Of a stretch of DNA of 64,000 nt, positions 36,959 through 48,822 are shown piece by piece (position 1 is the stretch's first letter; every line of letters starts with the position of its first letter). Origin of the DNA: Azolla caroliniana (taxonomy: Eukaryota; Plantae; Polypodiophyta); NCBI GenBank assembly GCA_043228905.1, contig JBHGNT010000011.1, positions 7,688,001 through 7,752,000 of the forward strand, in the 5' to 3' direction. The notes under the pieces are model-generated. The model ran no database searches. It saw only the letters and a list, made by a program, of their open reading frames with translations, and was not told where the DNA came from. Position numbers and translations under genes: made by a program.

Positions 36959-39900
36959 AACTTAAATCTCTTATCAAAACAATAATAGTTCTCTATAATA
37001 CTCTGTACATTGTATGTGTTCAATGAACACTTTTATACAAGTCCACACGGACTGACAGAAGTACGGTGTACTTCAATGTTCACACAAGCGTCTGAAACTA
37101 ACAATGAGACATTAACTACCTAGTAGTCTAGGCTGCTACTAGGCTTCCGGTTACTGATGGATCCGGCTAACTGGCTCCCCAGCTCACTGGCTCACCGATC
37201 TGGCTCATCCTTCTGGATGTCTATCCGGCTCAGGCTTATTCAGCCGATCCAGATCCGGTTGAGCTTGCCGCTCAATGCTCCCCGTCAAGCTCAACTTTAG
37301 GTCGGATCGTAGTGTTAGTCTCCATGGCAGCCGGTCCTTCCACCCGGCTCCTTCTGGCGTCACTCCGCCTCGCTCGCGCTCCTTGTCCGGTCCAGTCCCG
37401 TTCGCCGCAACCCTTCTATTTCTGCTCACCTCGACCTCCTCGGTCGGCTTGTCTGCTCAAAAGGCCCAATTCAGCTCCCTCGCTGCTGTGACTTCGACGC
37501 TTGCCGATTCGCGGATTTCTTCATGTTGGCGTCTACTTTTACTGCCTTCTCGTCCTCTCGTCCAAGCGGTTTGGTGAAGATTTCGGCAACTTGTCGATCC
37601 GTATGAACATACCGACGTTCGACTTCACCACTTAGGACACGCTCACGAATGAAGTGGTAGTGCACTTCTATGTGCTTTGTGGTTGCATGGAATACGGGTT
37701 TCTTGGCGAGTTGCGTGCTGCTTATGCTGTCACAGTAGATCAGGATCGGGGTCAGCATGTCGATCCGTAGGTCTTGCAGCAGTTGCCGAAGCCAAATGGC
37801 TTCACAGGTGGCAACGGTAGTGCCCCGGTATTCAGCCTCAATGCTCGAAAGGGCCACTATTGGTTGCTTTTTGCTGCTCCACGCAACAGCCACGCTACCA
37901 AGGGAAAACATATAGCCGGAGGTGGATTGGCAATCCGATGCATTGTCAACCCAGTTAGCATCGGTGTAGCCGACTAGCTCTTCGGTTATACCATGCCAGT
38001 ATAACAGTCCCCATTCCTTCGTGCCGTTCACATATCGCAAAATTCGATGCGCACACAGAAGGTGCTCCACGGTCAACTTCAACATATATTGGCTGATCAC
38101 ACCGACCGGATAACTGATGTTGGGTTGGGTGATTGTCAAATATATAAGGCTTCCGACAATTTGTCGAAACCGCTTCTCATCGCAGGCCGATCCGGAGTCG
38201 GGACGGAGCTTCTGGTTCCGGTCTAGGGGTGTGGGGATCGGACAGCATTCCGTATGCCGAACTTGTACAGCATATTCAACACATAGTGTCTTTGTGACAG
38301 AAATATGCCGTCGAGGGTTCAAATCACCTCGATCCCAAGGAAATAGTGAAGGTTCCCTAGGTCCTTCATCTCAAATGCATCTGACAACTAGGACTTGACT
38401 CGGCTGATTTCATCGAGTCCGGGTCCGGTGATAACTAGATCATCAACATACAACAAGATGCAAACCGGACTGTCCGAACCTTCCTGGATGAACAACGAAG
38501 AGTCAGACTTGGAGGACGCAAAGCCCATCTTACGCAACCGGTGCGTGATCTTAGCATTCCAAGCCCGGGGGGCTTGCTTCAGGCCATAAAGTGACTTCTT
38601 CAGCCGGCATACCGCCGACTTGTTCATCCCTGACTGGAAACCGGGGGGTTGGGTCATAAAGACCTCTTCTTCAAGATCGCCTTGAAGAAATGCATTCTTC
38701 ACATCCATCTGGTGAAGATGCCACCCCCTTACCGCAGCAACCGACCACACGAACCATAGTCATCTTCGCTACCCGAGCGAAGGTCTCGTCGTAGTCGATT
38801 CGATGGGTCTGCGCATATCCCTTCGCCACTAACCGGGCCTTGTACCGGTTAACCGAACCATTGGCATTGTACTTTACCTTGTACACCCACTTACATCCGA
38901 TCAGTCTATAGTGTCGGGGAGGGTCAACTAGGTTCCATGTGTCGTTGGCATCAAGTGCCCGCATTTCTTCCTCCATAGCGGCACGCCAATTTGCGTCCCT
39001 TGTTGCTTCTGCGTAGCTCTCCAGCTCACGCACTTCCGTCACCTTGGTCATGTACGCATAGTCATGCGCCATGTACTCATTGTACCTGTACCGCTTCACG
39101 GGGTTCTTCTGGCGGGAAGACCGGCATAACTTATCGTTACCCGATTTGAGGCCCTTCTGAGCCGGTTCGGAATTCATTCTCGAAGATCCACCTTCATCCT
39201 TTCCGGAGTCGGATTTGCTCCGATCCGACTCAATGTTGCTGGTTTCGTATTCCGGCATCTTCTTCTTCCCCTTCTCTTTGCGCGTGAACCATCTCCTCGG
39301 TTCCTTGCGCAGGGAGAGCATAGCAGAGTCTCCATTACTCGTCGGTTCCTCATCCAACTGGTCATTCCGACTCAACCGCTCATTTTGTCCACTTAACTGA
39401 AATTAGATCGGACTCTCTTCTAGAGTGCCGAGGTCTTCATCTTCTATCTGGACCGGTTCAGGTTCACTAGCCTCATCCTCTGGTATCGGGTCGAGGTCGG
39501 AAGTCGGGGTCGGTAAGGCATACCATGATGTCGTCTCATCAAACTCAACATCCCGGCTAACTCGGACCTCCTTCGTTCAGGGGTTATAACACTTATACCC
39601 CTTCTGCTCATGCGAGTAACCGACCAAGATGCATTTCTCCGATTTTGCATCCAACTTCCTCCGCTTCTCATCCGGCACATGCACATATGCAATGTTACCG
39701 AATATCCGAAGGTGTCTCAAATTCGACTTGCATCCGAAATACAACTCATGCACGGACACCTTGTCATCGATCCGGTTTTGGATATATACGGCCATCCAGA
39801 CCGCCTTGGCCCAGTAGAAATGGGGCATGCTCTTCTCCTCCAGCATTGCCCTTGCCGCGTCGACAATCGGTTCTTCCTTTCAGCCACACTGTTTTGCTCC

Positions 39901-41749
39901 AGTGTGTATCTACAGCTGAACTCTCTCTAAATTCCTTTTTGCTGCAGATAACTGTTGAATTGGCCGGAAAAATATTCTTTTCCGCCATCCGACCGTAGGC
40001 ACTTGATCTTCCTCTCCGTTTCCCGTTCAACCAAGCTTTGCAGGTTCTGGAAACACTCGAAGACTTCGCTCTTCCGCGCAATGAGATAGATTCATGTGTG
40101 TCGGTTGTAGTCGTTGATGAAGGAGACGAAACACCGACTCCCGCCAACACTATCGTTCTGTGTCAGTCCCCATACATCCGAATGAATATGGTCGAGCTTG
40201 TTACGACTACGGTTTCATTCGGTGGGGAATGGAAGCCGGTGTTGCTTCCTGAGTTGGCAGGCTTCACAAATTTCGGCAGACCGAAAACGACTTGTTTCGA
40301 TTGCAGGTCTTGAAGCCTTCGATAATTAACATGGCCGATCCGCTTGTGCCAGATATCGATATCTGATTCAATCTTCTGTCCTTTGGCGAACAAAGTGGTG
40401 CCGACGTCATTGGTGTCGAGGATAAACATCCTCCCGTCTCTATGCCCTTGCGCAATGATTTGGCCCTCTTCCTCGATGAAGCACCCAAGGTGTGTAAAAC
40501 GCACTTGCATCCCCTAGTCAACGATCTGACAGACTGACACCAGGTTCTTCATGATAATTGGAACGTGTAATACGTTCATCAGCTTCCCCTTTTCTTCGAC
40601 GTGGCTCAAAGGGACTTCTCCGATATGCACGATTGGGTGAGGAGTGACGTCTCCGGTTTCGACGACTCCCGGTTGTTCCGGTTTCTCCAAGAAAGAGAAC
40701 CACTCTTTGTGGCTTGTCATGTGATTCAACACACCAAAATCAATGTACCACACTTCCTCCAATTCGGAAGTGGTCTTCTTCATCGAGTTAGCCTCATGTT
40801 TCATCACCAAGGCTTGGCCCTTTACCAGCTTTTCTGGTTTTGGATCCTCCCGATCCTTCTGCGTAGTGCGAGTATTGTTGGTTCTCTCTGTCGGCTTTGC
40901 CGGATCCGGATCTGTCCGAATCGGCGCACTTCTTCCAGCACTCGATTTCTCAGTGGCCCTTTTTACCACAGTACCAGCATTCCAAGTCAACCTTGACTCC
41001 CCCTGCTTGTGGAGGGTCTGGAACTGTTGTCAGCACGTTCTCTGAGCCTTCGGTCCTGCTCTTGTCGGCTGCTACCATTGCAAGCCGACCCGCCTCATCT
41101 ACCACGCCCACTGGGCTAATCCGCCTCCATGTACAGCATCCGGTTGTCGGCGGGTGCACTTGTTGACACACCGGCGTGGTTCTCCTACACAAGGAGCATC
41201 GACTATAAGTCAAAAAATGACGGCATATTCTCCCTTCTACACATAGCAGTTTGGAACGCCAGACGCCAGACCTCCAAGACAGATTTGGACCATATCGGCT
41301 TCTTCGATATTCACATTGATGGAGGCTAGAGAGTCGCAAATGTTCTTGATTTTGGAGGTGTAGTCTGCCACCAACAAGTCGCGTTGTCGTAGGTTGCTCA
41401 GCTCCTGTCGAAGTTGAAGCTTCCTGGCTGTAGTGCTTGCGGCGAAAATCTTCTTCAGATTTCCCCAAGCATCTTTCGGCGTTTTTGCATCCCGAATGTA
41501 GCTTAGGAGTTATCGCCCACACAAGACACGAAGCAGTACAATACTCTGCTCGCCGACTGTTCCCACACCGGAAAATCTCTGTGAGTCGATTTGGGTGCTA
41601 GGTCATTTGCTCCGTCCACATAGCTCTAGTAATTGTGACCGAGAAGGTACTGGTGCATCTTGTAGGACCAAGACGCATAGTTGTTTTTGTTGAGCTTCTC
41701 CGTCGAAAGCAAGCTAGCCATGCCTCTATCCACCGGTTTTACCTGTTCT

Positions 41750-44265
41750 TCCACCGACTGAACGATCAAAGCACATCACGGCCTAGCCCGAAGATGGACA
41801 AAGGCAAGGTGAAAATGGCGGAATACGCAGACGATTGCCTCGACGACAATGAGTCGACTCACTCACTCGACAATGAGTTCGGCGGCTTTGATGTAACAAT
41901 CGGAGCTAAGAAAGCCCTCATCTCTGCAAATGAAAAGCTTCGTCGCTCCACCCGTGAAAAGAATCCGGTCAACCGATTCGGCTACAATGACTACATGGCA
42001 TATCACTATGCCTTTATGATGAAGGTGGCGACAGTACGCAAGCCGGAAACATTTTCCGAAGCAGCCAAGGATCCGCGATGGATAGAAGCCATGAATGAGG
42101 AGATGCAGGCACTACGCAAGAATGACACGTGGGATCTCATTCCCACCTCACCACACAAAAAGGTGATCGGATGCAGATGGATTTACAAAGTGAAGTACAA
42201 CGCCGACGGTTCCGTCAACCACTACAAAGCGCGACTCGTAGCGAAAGGCTACGCTCAAACGCACGGAGTTGACTACGAGGAGACCTTTGCCCCGGTGGCA
42301 AAGATGACGACGGTACAGACCATAATTGCGCTTGTCGCGGCGAAAGGATGGCACCTCCATCAAATGGACGTCAAGAACGCCTTTCTAGAAGGCGAATTGG
42401 AAGAGGAGGTGTACATGATACAACCACCCGGCTTCAACTCGAGCACCCATCCGAAAGTTGTATGCCAACTCAAGAAGCCACTCTACGGGCTCAAGCAAGC
42501 ACCGTGTGCTTGGCATTCGAAGATAACGCAATATCTTCGTCAAATCAGCTTCCGTATGTCAAAATCGGACAACTCCCTCTACATACAAAGCAATTCCGCA
42601 AGTCTGATCGTCATCATCCTATATGTGGATGACCTAGTCATTGGAGGTGAGCATCTCGTCGAAATCAATAAGGTCAAATCCCTCCTTTCCTACAAGTTCG
42701 AGATGACGGACATGAAGGAGCTCCACTACTTCCTCGGCATCGAGGTAATTCGAACTCCAACCGGAATCATGATCTCTCAACGGCACTACATCCTCAACTT
42801 GTTATACAAGTTCGGCATGGCTGAGTGCAAATCCAAGGCAACCCCGCTTGATCGCAATCTCAAACTAGATGCGAACTCCGGCACCAAAGCGTGTGAGCCG
42901 ACTCAGTATCGGCAACTCATCGAGAGTCTCAACTACCTCACGATCACTCGTCCCGATCTCAGTTATCCGGTCGGTCTCCTTAGTCAATTCATGCAAACAC
43001 CGCGTGATACTCACTTGGATTGCGCTAAGCGAGTTCTTCGATACGTGAGCGGCACAATGGATTACAACATCCTCTACAAGACCGCGATGCCAATACGACC
43101 CGAGGGGTACACCGACGCCGATTGGGCCGACTACAAAGCCGATAGAAGATCAACCTCCGTATTTGTTTTCTCCCTCGGCAGCGGAGCAATATCCTAGAGC
43201 AGCAAAAAGCAACCAACCGTCGCTCTTTCGAGCACGGAGGCAGAATACAGGGGCACGGCAGTGGCCACATGTGAAGCCGTATGGCTCAAAAGGATACTCA
43301 AGGATCTGAGCGTACCCATCAAGGATCCGATTTCCCTTTACTGCGACAACATGAGCAGTATCTATCTGGCTCGGAACCCGGTGTTCCACGCGCTGACAAA
43401 GCACATCGAAGTGCACTATCACTTCATCCAAGAGCGTGTTCTAGCTGGCGATGTCGACCTACAACACATTAGCACCAATCTTCAAACGGCCGACATCTTC
43501 ACTAAAGCCTTAGGAGCCAACAAACTATGGCAATTCATGACCGATCTCAGATTGACGATCCCTGACCTGCCAAGCTTGAGGGGGAGTACTGAAGACACTA
43601 CGCAATAACGCGTAGATTCTGCAACCGCGCACTACGCAATAACGCATGGATTCCGCAAACCACGCAACGAAGCCGCGAAGAGCCGATCTACTGCGCAAAG
43701 CCGCAAAGAAAGACGCAAGCCGAAGCACAGACTTCGCAACTACGCACAACGCAAGATGGAGCACGGATTCTGCAACTCTGCATAAAGCGAGTCGACGCGA
43801 GTCGAAGCGGATTTCGGATACCGTCTGAAACTGACCCGACTTGAGCTTGAGGGGGCGTGTTGAGAATCAAGCTCAACTTGGTCTAGTGTGTGAACTCACC
43901 TTGAGAGTGAATAGACACTCCAACGATCAAGAGTCACCATTAAGTCACCTCTTTGTATTCTAGCATTTAGTATGAATCATAGAATCATATTCTATGACAC
44001 ATAACTTATGAGCTTTCACATTCCCCATGCTCCATGAGCCTTGTAGTTAATGAAGAGAGAGGGTGACTATATAAAGCACCCTCCTCCCACCTTGTATTGA
44101 GTTGAGTCTTTGTACCGAGTTGAGTCTTTCTCCTTTGTGAATATACTTACCCTTGCATATACTCTGTGTTTTACTCCTTGTCTCTCTCACTCTCTCTCTC
44201 TCATACACACACACACACAATTCACACCTATTCCGCTACACAAGAATCACCATTGATTCTTTACA
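41750..44265 (+). mobile_element. Copia family A 3' half (RT-RNase H, PPT, 3' LTR 43858-44265) within the leader of element B
   Basis: YKARLVAKGY, QMDVKNAFL, ILYVDDLV, TKHIEVHYHF. PPT ttgagggggcg precedes TGTTGAGAATC...TTTACA. Confidence 0.92.
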
Positions 44266-45795
44266 CATGTAAAAGAATAGCGTGCGGAAGCAATAGAAAA
44301 CCGAAAACAGAAACGCAGGTTTAATGGAGAGCTTGAATATACGTAGTACGCGGGAGAGAGAGAGAGAGAGAGAGAGAGAAACTTAAATCTCTTATCAAAA
44401 CAATAATAGTTCTCTATAATACTCTGTACATTGTATGTGTTAAGTGAACACTTTTATACAAGTCCACGTGGACTGACAAAAGTACGGTGTACTTCAATGC
44501 TCACACAAGCGTCTGACACTAACTATGAGACATTAACTACCTAGTAGTCTAGGTTGCTACTAGGCTTCCGGTTACTGATGGATCCAGCTAACCGGCTCCC
44601 CAGCTCACCGATCCGGCTCATCCTTCCGAATGTCGATCCGGCTCAGGCTTATTCAGCCAATCCGGATCCGGTTAAGCTTGCCGCTCAACATGTAGTTTCT
44701 CCCATAGTGAGAACGTTGTCGTCTCTTTTGCCAAGCTGAAGTAGACATTTTCAGCTAGGTGCATTCAAATGGTGGAGCGTGCAATTTCGTCCGTTGATCT
44801 CCACTCATCGGCTATCATTGAAGCAGGCTTTTCGGAGTGTCGAATGGCCTCGACTTGTCTTCGAATACTTAGTATGTCCTGCATCATCTCCTTCCATAGG
44901 GCAAAGTTTTTGTCGTCGAATTTTCGGATCTAAACTCTTGTACCAAATGTGGATGCCATGATTCTTTCGGAAGTGAGATTTACTCACCTGGTCTTTTCTT
45001 TCAGCCTTTTCTGTTGTCTGTTGCCGCCGAGCAGCAGATCACTCTGATGCCAGTTGAAGCATAAGTGTATGTGGAAACGTATAAGGATCTGTCTCAATTT
45101 GTACTCAGAAAACAACACAAAAAGAGAAGCAAAGTTATATACAGATTGAAGCTTTAATGGAAGCTCTATTACATTCTTTGTCTCACTCTCTCAGAGACGC
45201 GATATCCAATACATAGTCAAGAAAATTATTCTTTACAAGGTTATTGCTTATATACTAATCCCTAACTATGTGGACGAGTTCACACTAGGATACAAAGTGG
45301 AGGGAGTCAGCCTTTTATGCCAACAACCATATGTCATTAGACAAGTAAATAAAAATGTAAGTTATTTCCTAGCTGAAATGGATGGAGTTGCTTTAAGGTT
45401 GTCGATTATAGGGAAGCGAATTAAGATATTCAAGAAAAGGGAAGATCAAAGCGCTAACTTTCTCAATGAAGACGGCATCCATGAACTTGAAGAAGGAGAT
45501 GTTCATTGGTGCATGTCGAAGGGTGCGCAAGTGTATAGGGGGAGGATGTCGTGATGTTTTCATGCCATGATGAGAAAATAACCTCTACCAAATTATACGA
45601 ATTAATTCAAATCTTTGTAAATGGTTGTTTAGCTAAGCGATAGCTAATAACTTGATAAAAACCGGTCACCACAGGATGATAATATTATGTGTAAATAGCT
45701 AGTTGAATCTATGAAAAAACATAATATCGAGTATTTAATATTTTAAAGCTAAATACCTATTCAAAGCACAAATTTTTGTTATTATCACTATCAAG

Positions 45796-46315
45796 TGTTG
45801 AGATATCAGTCCCTCCGAATGGGAACCGATCGAGCCGAATCGGAGGATCCGGAGGAGGAAGCGAGATCAGATGGATCCGGTATGAACAGTGAAGATGAAC
45901 AGAATTGTAAATATGTTCTTATGGGTCGTTCACATTTGTAAATAGCCCCTAAAGTTATATATGTATAAATATAACTAGGGCAACACTGTTTTGGTGTGTG
46001 TCTATGATTGTAGCAATTGTTGTGTGTGTTGTATAGAGTGAGCGAGAGAGAGAGAGAGATAGACAGAAAGCACTTTCTGTTGTAACCGTTGGTTGGCAAA
46101 GACAGAGCTCGAGGTCGTTGCCTCAGAGTCTCACTTTGTAATATCTCTCCTCATAGTGATCCTGTTTGGAGTCTGTGAACTCCCATGGTTTTCCCCGATT
46201 AGGGTTTCCACATTAATATCCTATGTCGACTTATTTCATGTGAAGTGCATCTATCTCCTATTTTAATTTGTTTCTTCCATTGGACCTCGGTTGTGGCCGA
46301 GAGTGATCCCTCTCA
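45796..46315 (+). mobile_element. Solo Copia LTR (related to family F) inserted in the Gypsy I 3' LTR
   Basis: TG...CA ends. TSD TCAAG at 45791-45795 and 46316-46320. Shares motifs with 24064-24868 (gtaaatagcc, gagctcgagg, ggttttccc). Confidence 0.85.
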
Positions 46316-46881
46316 TCAAGTATTTTAGCTATTAAAGTTATTGCCTACTAATGCAAGTGCCTCTTTGGGTATTTTGGCTATTAAAGTTATTACCCACTAA
46401 TGTAGGTGCCTCTTATGCATGGGTGACGCTTAGCACTCATGCATCCACCTTCCTCATGTATAAAAGGGGGGGTGAGCAATCTTATCAAGAGGGGAATATA
46501 GACGTGAAAATTAATACTATTGTAATCAGATAGGCAAGAAATACTATTGTAATCATCTTGGAATTATCAATACAAACTATTTTGTTTCTTCTCTTTCTTT
46601 GACAAGAAGCTCGGTGCTTACTTCGCAGATTCACAACTTTCTTTTCCGTTGCACGTGTACGTTGTAATCAACATCACAATGGCAAGCTTCTAGAGGACCC
46701 TACCGTTGCCACCCTATGTGGAGTAGATACTACTACACATATTTTGGAGTTCTCAAAAGGAAGAAGAGGAGAACAATGTGGATACCCTGATAACTATGTG
46801 ATACATTTCCAATGATATATTAATGTTTTCGTCTGGGTTTGAAAGTTTTGATTTTTTAATATTGTCCACATTTTTGGAGTT

Positions 46882-47090
46882 ATGAATTTATGGATGTTGA
46901 TGAGCACTACATTTTCATGGGTGTCCATGAGTATCCACTATATGATACGTGAATTTATGGATGTTGATGAGCACTACGTTCTCAAATCAAAACTTTCATG
47001 GTTGTCCATGAGTATCCACTATACGATACATGAATTTATGGATGTTCATCAACACTACATTTTCAACTCAGAACTTTCATGGGTGTCTAT
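46882..47090. repeat. Degenerate tandem repeat of ~70-80 bp (about 3 copies)
   Basis: tgaatttatggatgtt...cactac...ttcatgg(g/t)tgtc(c/t)at recurs. Confidence 0.7.
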
Positions 47091-48822
47091 AGATATCATC
47101 TAGATGATATTTTAGATGGAATTTATGTCTATATCCTCCATATATGCTAGAATTTTTCTTGATAGGTTTGTTTCGTGTGTAACTAATAGAATAACAACAA
47201 GCTCTTGGATCATAGTTGACACTAAGGATTAGTCTTACCTCTTCTACGTAAAGCATTTTCACTAACAATAGATGTCACTTACATCATAGTTGGCATTAAG
47301 GATTAGAGTGTTACTTCTTCTACATAAAACATTATCACTAACAAATAGGCGTTTCCACTGTTGGAACCTACATCTCCTCATGATAGTCAAACCCATAATC
47401 TTAACTTGTGTAAAATAAGTTAACCACTGTGATTTGCTTGAATTTAACTTCATTTCATATCTCCAAACTATCAACTTTTAAACATTTATCAAAAAACTGT
47501 CCAATTGTAGAAATTAGAGTTTCGAAACTTGTTAAATTTCAAAAAATCAGCAAATTCTATATGCTTTTTTAAACATGTGATACTAGTGTATTAAGTTTCT
47601 GAAAATTGCTTGAAATCACAAGATTATAAAAGGAATCTACAAGTGGAATGTGTGATCCTTCCACTTGTGCACACAAATGTGTTTTTTAACCTTAATGGTT
47701 ATATGTTAACCCTAATCAAAATCATAATGAAATCTTACTTCATTGATTGCAATTTCAACATCCTTGCAACAAACTCCAACAACTTTGCCTTAATCAACTA
47801 AAAAACACTTGAGCCATACTACACTTAAAAATAACAATGATTCCCCATTTCAAAATCTTTTTGTTTACATCGAACTACAAAAGGTTCTTGTCTTTATACA
47901 AGAATGTGGGACAAAACGGTTAATTTTACAATTCATTTTTCTTATTGTATTTGATCCTTGAAACCATTTTCTATCACAAGCATGCACATGCCAACAAATG
48001 GACCTGTTTCATCAGAAAAACATCGAATTACATTGTGTTAGACATTAGAAATACCATGTTCGTAATAGGAATGCATCACTTTGTTTCAAGTACCCTCTAA
48101 TTGTGTCAATCACATCTACAGTAAATGTAACATACCAACTTTTGTGATTTCTGACTCCCAAAAATATGCAGAGATCATGTATCATTTTGTAGGGAAATGG
48201 GTTGTATATTACTCCTAGGCATTTATGGATCTATGTATTATGTATAAACGTATGTACATATGAATACAATATTCTTTTAAGACAATGAATGAAAAGACCT
48301 CATTTGCTTATATAAGGCCACGAATCCAATTAATTCGCAATACTCTTTTAAGACGATTAAAAGACCTCAGTTGCTTATATAAGCCCACAAATCCAATTAA
48401 TTATAATAAATTGTATGGTTGCATCTGTTTTAGCTTCATTAGAACTCCTCTGACAGAAACTCTTGTGAATTAGTAAATGAGGCAAAACTAGGCTAGTCAT
48501 TAGCACGGAGCAATTACAAGATAATGGAATAGCATAATATATCATACAAAGAATTTCAGACTTTCCTGGTCTCAGAAAAAATGAACCTTCACCGCAACTA
48601 GGAATACAAGTGGTACATATACCAATAAATCTATGAGTTTTACTAGTGACAGAAGACCTCAATCGAGTAAAATGGATACTTTACATGTGCTACAAACGCA
48701 TATCTGATCTCTTGTGCTGCCCAGTCAAGTCTTGGTAGAATATCTACCATCCACAAACATAAAAACACATACACACCCACACAATGTGTTCCAGAACCAA
48801 TAGAAAATACCTCTCAATCTAG

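Larger units (their letters stand above)
36779..44690 (-). mobile_element. Ty1/Copia element (family B), near full length; LTRs 36779-37277 and 44268-44690
   Basis: Matching LTRs with (GA)n tracts of different length. TSD TGTAG at 36774-36778 and 44691-44695. Gag start at ~41721. Protease, integrase, RT (LLYVDDLV) and RNase H (GYTDANW) remnants lie at 37471-41000. Confidence 0.92.
9427..45325 (-). mobile_element. Ty1/Copia element (family C), inflated to 35.9 kb by nested insertions; LTRs 9427-9662 and 45055-45325
   Basis: Matching TG...CA LTRs. TSD ACCAT at 9422-9426 and 45326-45330. PBS TGGCATCAGAGT at 45041-45052. PPT next to 9663. Gag start at 44959. Protease (WLLDSGATFH), integrase (KTLKSDNGGEY) and RT/RNase H remnants lie at 33320-36778. 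Confidence 0.92.
8435..46681 (+). mobile_element. Outermost Ty3/Gypsy element (family I): protease 8435-9043, integrase C-terminus split at 9426/45326, 3' LTR ~45547-46681
   Basis: Aspartic protease VALIDRGVEINLIS. The integrase GPY/F-like motif RKFSKRWFRP|YVIRQVNKNVSYFLAEMDG reads through across the 35.9-kb insertion. PPT ggggggagga precedes tgtcgtgatg at 45547. RT/RNase H are deleted and the 5' LTR is not seen. Confidence 0.85.

Noticed and set aside
36498-37026. SLSL/RERE-rich ORFs (also 62206-62596)
   Set aside because: They are translations of (GA)n microsatellites.
41635-43197. 520-aa ORF as an intact gene
   Set aside because: Its N-terminus is antisense Copia B gag joined to Copia A RT, and it ends at a premature TAG in RNase H.
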